Part shown: positions 1-12,993 of the stretch, piece by piece
Layout of the letters: each line of letters begins with the position of its first letter
Position numbering within the stretch: the first letter of the stretch is position 1
From: Takakia lepidozioides
Lineage: Eukaryota > Plantae > Bryophyta
Assembly (NCBI GenBank): GCA_030704615.1
Contig: CM060732.1
Span: 78,616,001 to 78,680,000 of the forward strand
Direction: 5' to 3'
DNA: 64,000 bases
Position numbers and translations under genes: made by a program
The notes under the pieces: model-generated
Database searches by the model: none
What the model was told of the DNA's origin: nothing
Seen by the model: only the letters and a program-made list of their open reading frames with translations

Positions 1-972
1 ATTTCAGCATATGTTCAAAAAGTTTGGATATTTTATGGATGTTCATGTGATCCAATCTTTTGTCCAAGTTCTGTCTATTGGGAAGCATGAATACAGCAAA
101 CCATCCTCGCTATCTTCCTATTACCTGCACAGGTTGTGGGGATAGTGGTTCACACTTAAGAAGATTTCTGGTTGCAGACTGCAGTTTACTTGCCTACCTC
201 TGCTCACTCCAGAGCATGTAGATCTTTGTATGACAGTGGGGGTGGTGTTTACTTGCCTTGACTCTTATTACTGGGAGCATCTAGAAACAAAATAATTTTC
301 ATGTGAGGGATATATTGCTAGGAAGGAGCTTCATGTTCAACACAAATTGACGAATTGTGTCTGGGTGTAAGGAAGATGAATGTGGTTTCTACCCAGATGG
401 CTGCAAGGTAAGCCAAATTCACCGGAGAGGATGGTCACCATTTACCCTTACAGTGACTTCTACTCTTTGAAGCTACCTAATGCATTACCCTCCTTGGTGC
501 CGATATGCAAGAGAGGAGATAACAAAAGAAAAACTTGAAAATTGAGGACCAAGTCCCCATCCTCCCAAAGTACCAGGTTGAGCTAAATGTCTTCAAACAC
601 TTTTGCTTTAGTGACTGTCGCTCCGCATTCAGGTTTCCCTGCGTCTTACCACCACATTTGCATATCCAGGGCTAAATAGAAGATGTGAGAGTGCCTCAAA
701 GCTATGCACTGTGACCCCCTTGCAATCTCACCTTGATGTTGACTGTCAACAACTGTTTTATGGAAGGAAGACATTGTGTCAGGAATGATTAAAACTGGCC
801 CATGCCCCATGTCTTGCACATCAGCATCTTGTAAAATAAAAAGCTGAGGCCAGAGATGGGTATATAAAGCTTTCACAACTATTAACGATCCTATAGCCTA
901 CATTAACCAATCTGATATCCCGTTGTCAATCAGTATCTTACTGTCAAGCTGTCCACAGCTTGGTCACTAACT

Positions 973-973
<1 letters not shown>

Positions 974-1030
<57 letters not shown>
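974..1030. repeat. (TC)n microsatellite abutting the LINE insertion site
   Basis: Uninterrupted CT/TC dinucleotide run of about 57 bp. A shorter run lies at about 4422-4451. Confidence 0.95.
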
Positions 1031-1032
<2 letters not shown>

Positions 1033-1041
1033 GACGAGTCC

Positions 1042-3648
1042 TCCGTGGCTGACAAGATCATTGGGAGGAAACTAATTGTCTGCGGTAGAGCAGTTAATTG
1101 GTGGACTAATGAGATTAAACTCAAGATAGCTGGGAGACGAGCCCTCTATAAAGAGTGCTGCAATTTGGAAACCAACAGAGAATTGTGGGCGAGGTACTAC
1201 CAGCTCCGTAAAGATATCAATCAGCTTGTTAGGTCTCAGAAGAAATTATACTGGGACAAGTTATACAGTGAAATAAACTCAAACCACCATGGTGGTAATG
1301 ACAAGAAATTCTGGTTGGCCCTTCAACGTTTGTACAAGCCGAAAAACGGTCAGCAAGTACAAGCGCTGAAGACTACTAAAGGTGCAGTGGTGACTTCATC
1401 GGTTGACATTGTCAAAACCTTTGAAACTCACTACAGTATCCTTGGCAGAACTTCTAGGTCTAACAGTGAGGGGTCTTCTGCTGAATGGAGGGACACAGTT
1501 GGAAAAACTGTTCCTATGATTCAAAACAGCCCTGATGAACTGGAGTATATTTCAATGGCTTATAATGCTCCCATTAGTTCTTCTGAGATTGTGGAAGCAA
1601 TTGAACAGTTAAATGGATATAAAGCTGGTGAACCTGATGGTATTGTCAACGAGCTTATCAAGCACGGTGGCGATCCCATGATAGAGGCCCTAGTTCTCCT
1701 CTTTAACCTTATCTGGAAGACTGAAATGATCCCCTTTCGCTGGCGACAGGGGGTCATTGTCAATATATACAAGAAGGGTGACAGAGAAGAACCGGGGACA
1801 TCACGCTCCTCAATGCTGTTGGCAAGACATTCTGCAGAGTTATAAGTACTCGTCTTGAGGTTGATCTGGAGTCTAGAGGTTGTTTCCACGAAGGCCAAGC
1901 TGGCTTTCGGCGAAACAGGGGCTGTGTGGATCATATCTTCACTCTAAGCCAGATTATCCAGGGAAGGAAAAAAGAAGGGAAACCCACTTATGTCTTTTTC
2001 CTGGATGTCAAAAAGGCTTATGACAAAGTGTGGAGAGATGGCCTATGGTTCCGCCTCTGGTCTTGTGGGATCAAGGGAAAGATGTGGAGAGTTGTCCACA
2101 ACTTGTATGCTCACACCAAAAGCTGTGTCACTGTTAACGGACAGAAGTCCAACTTCTTTGACATAGACCAAGGTGTAGCTCAAGGATGTACTCTCTCCCC
2201 TCTGCTCTTCAATGTTTTCATCAATCAACTCCTGGAGGATGTGGAAAGTGAGGGATTTGGGTTAAGGGTGGGTGATACCACCATACCAGCCCTTATGTTT
2301 GCGGATGACTTCGCAGGCATAGGGGAGACTCCAACCAATCTCCAGGAGTTGATTGATTGCGCGAAGAGATACTTTGATCTTTGGGGGCTAGAGGCTAATG
2401 TCAGCAAATGTGCAGTGATAGCATTCAACAACAGAGGAGAGGGAGGAAGTGATCTTAAGTGGCAGTGGGGTAGCCAAGAGATCCCGTTCCTCCCTTCCTA
2501 CACTTACCTGGGCGTTGAGTTCTCCTCCAATTGTAATTGGGATGCACATATCCGGAAAGTTGTTCAAACTGGCAAGGGCAAAGCTCTGGGGCTCACTAAA
2601 TTTTTCCACTGCAGAGGGGTCAACTCTGAGATTAAGAAAACCATGCTTTGTCGCGTTATTAGACCTGCCTTGGAGTACGGATCTGCTATATGGGTTGATA
2701 ACTCCAACCAGGCTAAGTCTCTAGAATCCATTCAAGTGGGGGTGCTTAAGGAGTGTATGTCAGCATGCTCCAAAACAGCCAATGTGGCTGTTCGGGGTGA
2801 GTTTGGCATTCCGTCCTTAAGCTCCCGACGAGATGAATTCAAGGTCAGATGGTGGGGTCAGCTGCAACATATGCCCAACACCAGATATCCTAAGTTAATC
2901 GACTCTATATCTTGGAAACAGGACCGCCCTGTCAAACAGGCTAAGTCCTGGCAGAAGAGAGTAGAAGAGATCCTCAAGGACCTGGACCTGGATCTGCAAG
3001 TCTTGACCCTGCTGGATAAATCTGACTTAGAGGCTGTAGTGTCCTCAGCCATGTCTGTTGCCATGAGATTGTCTGATGAAAATGAAGTTAGGCAAAAAAC
3101 TTCCCTGAACTTGTTTCCAGTCAGTGACATGGGGGAGGACATCTTGGATGACCTCAAGGGTCTACCCACTCTCGGCACTAGACTGAAATTTAAACTCAGG
3201 GCAGGAAGCCTACCTTTGAACAGCAAACAGAAGCAGAGAGGAAAGGGAGAGTGCAATTGCCCGTTGTGTGGGCAATCTGAAGACAGTATTCATTTTCTGA
3301 TACACTGTCCGGGGTTCTCTCACCAAAGAGACGCTCTCTTCAAATCTATTAAGGGAATTGTGCCTGTACCCCCTGTTTACCAACTTTGAAAGTCTCGAGG
3401 CTGAGCCAAAAGCCCAGGCCCTCCTGAGGCCTAGTTTTTGGGCAAATCACACACAGCAGATTGATGCTTGTGTGAAGGGATTTCTAGAGGATATCTGGAA
3501 ATCCCGGATTAATTCTTTATATGGAGGTAAGTCTTACTACCAATGTCAGCCCCTGACAGAGGTAGGTTCTGTCCCTTTTGTTCCCGCTCAAACTGGGCGC
3601 GGGGTCAATGGCCACAAGGCTACGGCAAACAACGTCTTATGAGTACAA
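1042..3648 (+). mobile_element. 5'-truncated non-LTR retrotransposon (LINE, RTE/RTE-X-like), RT pseudogene, copy 1
   Basis: ORFs 1045-1845, 1926-3389 and 3358-3642 join across frameshifts into an RT (FLDVKKAYD, QGCTLSPLLF, MFADD, YLGV, RPALEYGSAIW) with a C-terminal CPLC..H..C knuckle. 15-bp TSD TCTCATGACGAGTCC at 1027-1041 and 3649-3663. The clade assignment is inference. Confidence 0.92.
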
Positions 3649-3869
3649 TCTCATGACGAGTCCAGAGTACTTGACAAGCTGTGACCGTCTACAAGTTAGC
3701 CAGACGTCGGTGCACAACGTGACAAAAATTTCTCCACGGCAAACTCAACCAGACACTCCAAAGCCCATCAGAAGAAGGCCTGCAGGCATTTCTCTACTCC
3801 CATGATCCTGCCCCACGGAGTTGCAGACTCCTTTCTGAGCGTAATGGATTGTCCAAAATGGCAGATATT

Positions 3870-4410
3870 GAACCCATCCACTGATCCAGATGGGTTCCTC
3901 TACCACCAGTTAAGTATAATGAAGACACCGTTGCTTTCTGCACATTAAGTAGGACTGTCATGTCATTGTTTGACACACAGCGCTGGGATGTGCTGTTTCG
4001 CATGAACAAGTGCTCTACTTTACCTACGGTTTCTCTCTAATCCTGCACATGCAGGCCTTGAGAGATGTACACTATTTCCCTGCTACTCGAAGGAAGTGCG
4101 TGGTCAAGCGCACTGAGCTGTGTGGACTGGAAGTGTCACAACCACATCCACTCCTCCAGATGGGTTCCACACAACCGACCACCATTAATCTCTGCACATT
4201 AAGTATGACCGGGACGTCACATTGCTCGACGTTCAGCGCTGGGATGTGCAATCCTTCTTTCTATGGCCTCCTTCGCTCGCAGATCCCTCAAACACAAACT
4301 CATAGCCCAACCAACATGCCTCACTCCCACATCACATGCTACTCTATCTACTGAGGAGTCAGCTGATCTCTCCCAACAACAACCACATCCGCTGATCCAG
4401 ATCGGTTTCT
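3870..4410 (+). repeat. Diverged local direct repeats (about 240-270 bp spacing)
   Basis: CATCC(A/G)CT..TCCAGAT(G/C)GG recurs at about 3875, 4145 and 4386. CTGCACATTAAGTA and CAGCGCTGGGATGTGC each occur twice. Confidence 0.6.
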
Positions 4411-4419
4411 CGACCAGCA

Positions 4420-4452
<33 letters not shown>

Positions 4453-5211
4453 GCGCTTTGCCTGCTCCGTTCGGTGAGCATCAGATGTGTCCCGGAGCGA
4501 CGATCTGACGCATGGTCAGACCACAATATCGTTTCTCAAGCGCACGAACAAACACACAGTACAGGCGATGTGACACTTCGCCTACTCTATGGTCTTCCCT
4601 GTAAGCCATCTGTAAGCTTCTCAGCGCAGTCGAGCTTTATTAGGTTGCAAGCTTCCCCACGCCACAGGAGGGTTGGGATGTGAATAGAATATTCTTGAAT
4701 TCCTCAGGTCGCTCGTCGACGTTGTTGTCGCGCACCTGACTAGCATCCACATGGAAAGCGCATGATTGCCACGTTGCGTAGCTTTGCACATGAAGAACTA
4801 CGTGTCTCTACAAACCTGGGAGTTGCTGGTCTGAATCTAGTCACGTTTGCTACAAATCTGTGAAGAATGTGGAAGAATGTGATTTACATGTGATTTGTAT
4901 TGCGCGCTAGGTTTCAGAATTGCCCGTGTAGTTGATTGATGCGTGCGTTTTTTCAATGCTGCAGGTGAAGGTAATAATTCTGCGGGCCCGGTTGTGATTC
5001 ATTCGCTTGTGTGTGTGCGATTTTCAGTGAGCTGCGTGATTCCTCCAGTATTGAGTTTGAAATCCAGTTCGAGAAGATGGAGGAGAATAGAGGAGCGCAA
5101 TTGTGCGATTCCCAGCTCCGCGGATCCTCTGATTCTTTGCTGAAGGGAGAGTTCTGGTTTTTGTGTGAGGGGTAATAAGTGAGAGTTCGTTGTTGAGCAT
5201 TACAGCAGAAG

Positions 5212-8200
5212 ATGGCGGAGGTAATGAAGCGTGCAGGAAGAGCAGGCACTGTGGTGGGAACACTGCTGCGGACAGCAGCGGTGTCCCACTCCACGTGCAC
5301 AACAAGTGTGCTACAGAGGGAGGACGTCGGATCAACATCGTCACCGAGAATTGAGAATTTAAGGGAATTGGCGACCGCTGCAGTTTGTGCTGCCTTTGGA
5401 GCTGCCGCCGTCTCCACATCGTGCAACGAGGTGCGCTCTGCCGTCTGCGTCGCATCCTTCTCACATTTAGATAGCTGGTGCATGCATTGCTGGTGGTTTC
5501 ATCACCGGGGATCAGATCTAGATTGCGGATTCTATTACATGACTTTCTGTCTCAGGTCCTGGAGGTATTCCTGGATGTGGCCACGAGAGTTCCTCAGAAA
5601 GTCGCCTGACGCGCAGTGTGGCTCTCCTGAGTCATATTTGACTAGTGGGTAGCCGAGTTTCTTCCTTTGCTCCCCATCTCCTGCACTAGTGTATCCTCTT
5701 CACACACCGGACAGTACCCTTCTACATCGCACCCAGTACGTGCATGTTGAGCGCGCGACGGAAATATGCTGTGAACTTTTTGCGTCAGTTCAGCAGTTGG
5801 TTGTGGGAGTTCTTTCTGCTGCTAGCAAGCATTGTTCGCAGCTGGTGTAGGTAGGGGATATAAAAGAGAGCAAGAAATAAAGGGGACAGACTGACACAAA
5901 TTGTTGTATGAAGGACGTGGGCAATTTTCATTTAACTAAATATATGGAGTTCTTATATGTGCTTCTAGCCAGTGCGAGCAGAACAAGCTGGAGACAGCAA
6001 TCAGTCTTCTGAAAAAACTGGTCAGTGATCCTCAACCTTCTCTTGGTTGCACTCTGGAGCTGGCATGTATGATGTGCTTCGGTATGAATGAGGGTGTGAA
6101 ATAGAACAGCCTATACATGGATATTGCTCAGGTTTAGTTATTGCCGGCAGAGATGTAACTGATAGTTGGGATACTGGTGGCAGCTCTGAATCCTGATGAC
6201 TGGGTTAAGTTCACACTGAAGGAAACTCAACCTGTCACTCACAACACTAAGATTTACAGGTGAGCGTTTATGCAGTTATCCAATTACAGGTCTTGCACTC
6301 CTGGACTGTCAGCACTTTCCCTCTTAACAGAGTAGTATCCATACCAGCAACATTAAATGACATGTGGGACCATCTCACTTATATACTTATCAACGATAGT
6401 TTCCAAGACTCGTTTCCAGTGAATTCCTTAGAAGATTTCACACAGGTATCTTGTGGTTGTTTGCAAAAGTGAGGCAACATTGACAGCTGTTGAGGGTTTA
6501 ACCTGATCATTTGTAGTTTGCTATAAGGTAAATGTGCTGCTCTCACTCTTAGAACAGAATGAGACGAAGCTCCTCATCTAGCTTGCTATCGTGGGGTCCA
6601 TCCTATCAGAGGAGGTTGTTTCAGGACGTCTGTTGCCAGTTAGACTTGTGAGGGTTTCTCAATTGGTTACTATATACTGCTAAAACTGTTTAGACGTTCA
6701 AGGTGCTTTATGTAAAGACATAACATGTTCATTTATGTGGAACAGGTTCGTGTTTGACCCAGATTCAAGGCTGGGCCTCAGTATAGCGTCATGCTTGCTG
6801 ACAAGGTGAACACCACAGTTTGTTTTGGATTCTTGATGGTTTGTAGTGCCATGTTCGTGCCAAAGGCTCTACATTAATGTGAAAACATTATGATGCTTGC
6901 AACTTTTCTGAGTCTTTCCGGTAGAAAATTATTTGTCCCCAAGGTCTCAAGAGGGTGTTTTATGTCATAGGTGCAGGTTTCTAATTTTCAAAGATGAATA
7001 TTTGGCAGTTCACACTTCTTGAGGCAACCCAAATTTGTGATCTAGCAGCAAGGAAGAGGGGAGTACCTCTAGTCAGGCGTCTAAGGCTGATGGATTGTAC
7101 CTGGTGTCTGGGCAGGGCTCTAACTGGCGCTAAAGATGGACAGCCGATCATGGTGGTTCGTCCGTGAGTACTGCTGTTCTGCCAAGCTCTCTATGGATTC
7201 TTAGCAGTTAATATGCCTTGAGAAAAAGCCTTGGTGGCTTATAATGGCCATTGTGTGTAGGTTACACATCTCCATTGCAGCGTTTGGAAAATCATGTGTA
7301 TGTGATTTGCATGGAGCATCTGGAAGTGCGTTCTTTTGTTGAGCTGGTAGTTGATTGCAATGTTTCTGGCGCAGTTACACTCCGGTTTGAGACCCAAATT
7401 CAAAGGGCTACGTTGACTTAATGATTAAGGTAGGGCGACCTCCTACTGTATTTAAGCATCCGGAATGCGGTTCTGGCACATAAGCTACTTCTGACACTGG
7501 AAATTCAGCTCATGAGTTACGAGCTCTTTGAACCTGACAAATCACAAGCTTTTTTTCTAGTTATTGTCATTCCTGGAGGTGAAGATTGACTGGAGAGAGA
7601 TTTAATCTGTGACCCCGACTCAACAGGAAGAAAGAAAGAGAGAGACATAGTCCACGGGAAGCTCAGAGAGCTTATGGGACTCGATAAGGAGAGTATATCC
7701 AATATTGTTGTTGCCACTCTGTAACTCAATGATATGTTGCAGGTTTATCCAGAAGGTAAAATGAGTCAGCATATTGGTAAACTTAAACCTGGAGACACTC
7801 TCAAGTAAAAGGGTATGTACCACCTCTAGTACCAGAGTTCCGTTTGCCTACTTTCAAACTGCTCGGTGCCAAACAATCATTATGTGCACATTTACTCAAT
7901 TACTCATCTCTTTGTGCAATTGCAGCTGAGTATTATTGCGCAGAATGGCAACTTTTCCTTAGAGATGCAGATTAACAGTTGTAGTGGTAGTTTTGGAGTG
8001 AGGAGGTTGGAAAGATATGAGGATTCAGGAGACAGGATTTTATGCCCCGTTGATTGATAAAGTACGGAACAAATTATTCATGTAGCATAGCAAAGGGAGA
8101 GTAGTATTATTCAAGAGTATTGGTCGCTGCTCCTTATGTGTAGGCCTATTTCGAAACTGCCATACTGCCCCAACATGAAGAAGCCAATTGGAATGGTAAG

Positions 8201-11200
8201 CTCAATCGCTAGTCTTGTAGTGAGGATTTACGTCAACTGTTACTTCTTACCATGGGTAACTAAAGTTGTTGTTATTCAGTGGATTAAGTTGCAATCCATG
8301 AACCAAGCCTTTGAGAGTATAGGCTGAACCTCTGTAATCTCTGCTGAGAGAAAATAATTGAGTATTTAGCTTATGTAAGCGTCTGATACATGATGCTTTT
8401 GAATCTGTGTGGAGCGTCCACTAAGGAAGACAGGTTGTCCTTACCTGCATCAGGCAGAATTCTGGTATGTTCTTGCTTTTTGCTTCTTACTTTGGCGGAG
8501 CAGAAATTGGGGAGCAGGGGAAGAGGGTCAAGAAGAGAGTAGGATAGTGTTCACCACCACCACTGAAGGCTCGCTCCAACCTTTGGAACCGAACCCTTAA
8601 TTTTCCCCAGGATGCTGACTCAAGGAGGAACATCGCTTTTTGCTTTGTCTCTACTCTTTCCAACTTTCAGATTGTACTCATAAGACGTTGTTTGCCGTAG
8701 CCTTGTGGCCATTGACCCCGCGCCCAGTTTGAGCGGGAACAAAAGGGACAGAACCTACCTCTGTCAGGGGCTGACGTTGGTAGTAAGACTTACCTTCATA
8801 TATAGAATTAATCCGGGTTTTCCAGATATCCTCTAGAAATCCCTTCACACAAGCATCAATCTGCTGTGTGTGACTTGCCCAAAAACTAGGCCTCAGGAGG
8901 GCCTGGGCTTTTGGCTCAGCCCCGAGACTTTCAAAGTTGGTAAACAGGGGTACAGGCACAATTCCCTTGATAGATTTGAAGAGAGCATCTCTTTGGTGAG
9001 AGAACCCCGGACAGTGTATCAGAAAATGAATACTGTCTTAAGATTGCCCACACAACGGGCAATTGCACTCTCCCTTTCCTCTCTGCTTCTGTTTGCTGTT
9101 CAAAGGTAGGCTTCCTGCCCTGAGTTTAAATTTCAGTCTAGTGCCGAGAGTGGGTAGACCCTTGAGGTCATCCAAGATGTCCTCCCCCATGTCACTGACT
9201 GGAAACAAGTTCAGGGAAGTCTTCTGCCTAACTTCATTTTCATCAGACAATCTCATGGCAACAGACATGGCTTTGGACACTACAACCTCTAAGTCAGATT
9301 ATCCAGCAGGGTCAAGACTTGCGGATCCAGGTCCAGGTCCTTGAGAATCTCTTCTACTCTCTTCTGCCAGGACTTAGCCTGTTTGACAGGGCGGTCCTGT
9401 TTCCAAGATATAGAGTCGATTAACTTAGGATATCTGGTGTTGGGCATATGTTGCAGCTGACGCCACCATCTGACCTTGAATTCATCTCGTCGGGAGCTTA
9501 AGGACGGAATGCCAAACTCACCCCGAACAGCCACATTGGCTGTTTTGGAGCATGCTGACATACACTCCTTAAGCACCCCCACTTGAATGGATTCTAGAGA
9601 CTTAGCCTGGTTGGAGTTATCAACCCATATTGCAGATCCGTACTCCAAGGCAGGTCTAATAACGCGACAAAGCATGGTTTTCTTAACCTCAGAGTTGACC
9701 CCTCTGCAGTGGAAAAATTTAGTGACCCCCAGAGCTTTGCCCTTGCCAGTTTGAACAACTTTCCAGACATGTGCATCCCAATTACAATTGGAGGAAAACT
9801 CAACGCCCAGGTAAGTGTAGGAAGGGAGGACCGGGATCTCTTGGCTACCCCACTGCCACTTAAGATCACTTCCTCCCTCCCCTCTGTCATTGAATGCTAC
9901 CACTGCACATTTGCTGACATTAGCCTCTAGCCCCCAAAGATCAAAGTATCTCTTCGCGCAATCAATCAACTCCTGGAGATTGGTTGGAGTCTCCCCTATG
10001 CCTGCGAAGTCATCCGCAAACATAAGGGCTGGTATGGTGGTATCACCCACCCTTAACCCAAATCCCTCACTTTCCACATCCTCGAGGAGTTGATTGATGA
10101 AAACATTGAAGAGCAGAGGGGAGAGAGTACGTCCTTGAGCTACACCTTGGTCTATGTCAAAGAAGTTGGACTTCTGTCCGTTAACAGTGACACAGCTTTT
10201 GGTGTGAGCATACAAGTTGTGGACAACTCTCCACATCTTTCCCTTGATCCCACAAGACCAGAGGCGGAACCATAGGCCATCTCTCCACACTGTGTCATAA
10301 GCCTTTTTGACATCCAGGAAAAAAACATAAGTGGGTTTCCCTTCTTTCCAACTTTCAGAAAAGAGGTCCAAGGGTAGTCCGCTTGATCCTCAGAGCGCAG
10401 CACACAGAAGGATAGCTACACATCAGAGAGATATATCTTTCCTTGTAGTTTTGAATTTTTGCACGTCTGATTCACATGAAAGCCAAAAGGGCCAACTTTT
10501 CCATTTTGGCAATTTCATGAAGGGTGAGAGAGTTTTTGATTCAGATTGCAGGTGGTACAGGCATTACACCAATGCTGCAGTTGATTGATACCATTTTGTC
10601 CAATCCTGACGATAACACACAGGTGATGCTAGTCCAATTTATCTGTCATTCCATCTGGTCATCGATGATTGATTGGATACTAAAGAGGGAAAATACGGAA
10701 ATTATTACATCGAAGAGAGTCAGAGGAGGGAGGTGGGAAAAGACAAGCAGGGAGGCAGAAGATCATGTTGCACAACTACTTTTATGAAATTTTCTGGTAC
10801 AAAATGGGTGATAAGGTGCAGCTGGTCAAGTCAGAGAGCTCGATAGGGTTAACTTTGTCATGGTGTTGCTTTTCAGATCTCACTTGTGTATGTGAATGTG
10901 ACACCAGAGGACATCCTACTAAAAGAGAAACTCGATCTTCTGGCCCAGGCCCACCCTAACTTCAAGGTATGTGAGCTTTCTTGCTTACTGTGTCTAAATG
11001 GCCACAAGGCTACCAAAGTAGACTGAAATTATTTTCTTACGTCCATGTCTCTGCAGGTATATTATGTGGTGGACAAGCCAACAGAGAAGTGGAAGGGTGG
11101 AGCAGGGTTCATCAACAAGGCCACAATTGTGAAGGCCTTACCATCTCCTGACGGCGACACTATTATGCTGGTATATTAAATTCCCAATCTTCTTAGTGCA

Positions 11201-12398
11201 AGATCTTGTTAGAATAGAGAGCTTAAAAAATCCTTGTCCGTGCTACCATGTTGCTGTATGTTAAAGATCTCTTTCTTACTGATCTCAGGCACGAGCCATC
11301 CTGCACTTACGGGTTGGGGGTGATCAAAGGAGTCCCTCTCAGAGGAGCCTCTCATGTGGGGATGCTGTTCTTGCACATGGATTAAATGATTTGAAACGTC
11401 CAAGGAAAGATATGGAGGGCAAGATGTGACAGTTATAAATATCGTTGTCATGGATTGGAGCAGCTGATCATGGCCTAGGTCAATATAGATAGTGAACTTG
11501 TGACTTGAGACATGGACTTCTGTTCTCATCTAGAACTATACATGTATTGAGTCCTTTATACAGTGGCCTAAAACTTATCACATCATAATTTAGAGAGGAT
11601 GGAGCAGGTTGATATGGAGGTTGGAGTTACTGAGTATGTGGTCGTTTTGAGCTGAATAGGTGTGTGGACCACCTGGTTTAATGAACCACATTTCTGGGGA
11701 CAAAGCAAAAGACAACTCACAAGGGGAGGTACTCTACTTTGACATATTCCTTGTTTATTGCTATATGGTAGTTCAGGTTAAGTTGATCCATGATGATATG
11801 ATCTTTTGATTTGAAGCAAGGGCAGAGTTAGTTCCTTACCCTTAGAATATGTGGAGTCTATATCTTCATAAGGCTTGTTGCTGAATCTCACAACATGCTT
11901 ATTTCCTAAATAGGATATGACTGAAGAGACAGGGTCAAAGATATCATGGGACAGTGAGTTTAGTCCAAAATATCGAAAAACACCTAACCCAAAGAATTGG
12001 ACAAGAATTCACAATATCAAAGAAACTCTAGGACTGAAGGTTGCTTTATCATCCAGAGCAATTAGTTGCTGATATTGTGATAAAAATTGGCAATTCAGAA
12101 AGGTATCCATGAAGCACACTACCAAGTGAAACTGCTGTTCTGCCTGAACAAGAGTCAACTGTGCTGTAGGATTGATCAGATATTTCTATGGGCATTGGCT
12201 CTAACCAGAGCTGGGTTGAGCTACAGACAAGGTGATGTAGGGCACCCGACAGGTTTATGGGCTTTATCCATTTTTCAGAAATTCCCTTTGGCGGATGTTT
12301 CTTCATGGTCAATAACTCCGTGCTCTTTTGGCTGTCCCCAGCTGTCTGGCCTTCTGAAGGAAGCGGGTTACACAAAGGATCAAGTCTACAAGTTTTGA
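5212..12398 (+). pseudogene. CBR2: NADH-cytochrome b5 reductase-like (mitochondrial CBR2 type), 13 exons, disrupted
   Basis: GT-AG exons 5212-5430, 5969-6020, 6184-6259, 6746-6805, 7116-7163, 7375-7429, 7743-~7812, 8144-8195, 10545-10622, 10877-10966, 11057-11170, 11660-11728, 12342-12398. They give ALNPDDWVKF..THNTKIYRF..SCLLTR..RPYTP..VYPEGKMSQH..IAGGTGITPMLQ..VCGPPG..GYTKDQVYKF*. In-frame TGA at 7388-7390 (YTPV*DP; Ser expected) and a 1-nt deletion near 7803 (LEVKG motif). Confidence 0.88.
8672..10342 (-). mobile_element. 5'-truncated LINE copy 2 (same family as 1042-3648), inserted antisense in CBR2 intron 8
   Basis: Near-identical reverse complement of about 1975-3648. 17-bp TSD TCTTTCCAACTTTCAGA at 8655-8671 and 10343-10359. 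RT ORF 9289-10371 with a frameshift and a stop. Confidence 0.93.
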
Positions 12399-12993
12399 AA
12401 CCAAGGTTGAAGTTGGCCTTAAAATGGGGAGTTGACAAGTTATTATGTTCATGGATAGAAGGATTCAGGCTCACCACAGTGGTAGGCTATGTCGACAAAC
12501 AGAATGATCTCAACAACAGAATCTATTGCAGAGTTTGGAGCGTGAAACAGACAATTTCTAGGTGGTTGACCACCTAGTGGATCAGTGGAATGAGGTGCTT
12601 AAGTTGTGGCTCATCCGCCAACTAGGCGATTCTGGAGGATATGGCATACCTGGCATGTTCTCAACCTTTTGTATCCCCTAGTTGATTCCAATTTCATCCT
12701 GGAAATCATGATATAGTGGAAATGAGTTAATGCAGCTAGACAATCTCCTCCGGCTTTTATGTCCACTTAAAACTGATCCTCAGGTACAAAGCAAGTAGGC
12801 TCGTTCAGACTATGACTGTTAACCATGAGTAATTACATAAAAGTTGGCTTCAGTCTGTGGCTGCCCAAAAGATTCACGTGGTCAATGGGAACAAGCGTTG
12901 GGCAATGAGAATTAGATTGCAAATTATAGACACGACATTGAATGACAATTCGTGGGATCTAAAGATTATTTAAGATAGAAAAGGTATATATAA

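Noticed and set aside
120-876. Possible minus-strand exons (donor-like sites near 125 and 649)
   Set aside because: No recognisable protein motif, so a gene model cannot be supported.
7388-7390. In-frame TGA as selenocysteine or an RNA-editing site
   Set aside because: The homologous residue is Ser, the gene is nuclear, and an independent frameshift follows.
10997-11013. 17-nt exact match (AATGGCCACAAGGCTAC) to the LINE 3' region inside a CBR2 intron
   Set aside because: No flanking homology; one match of this length is plausible by chance in 64 kb.
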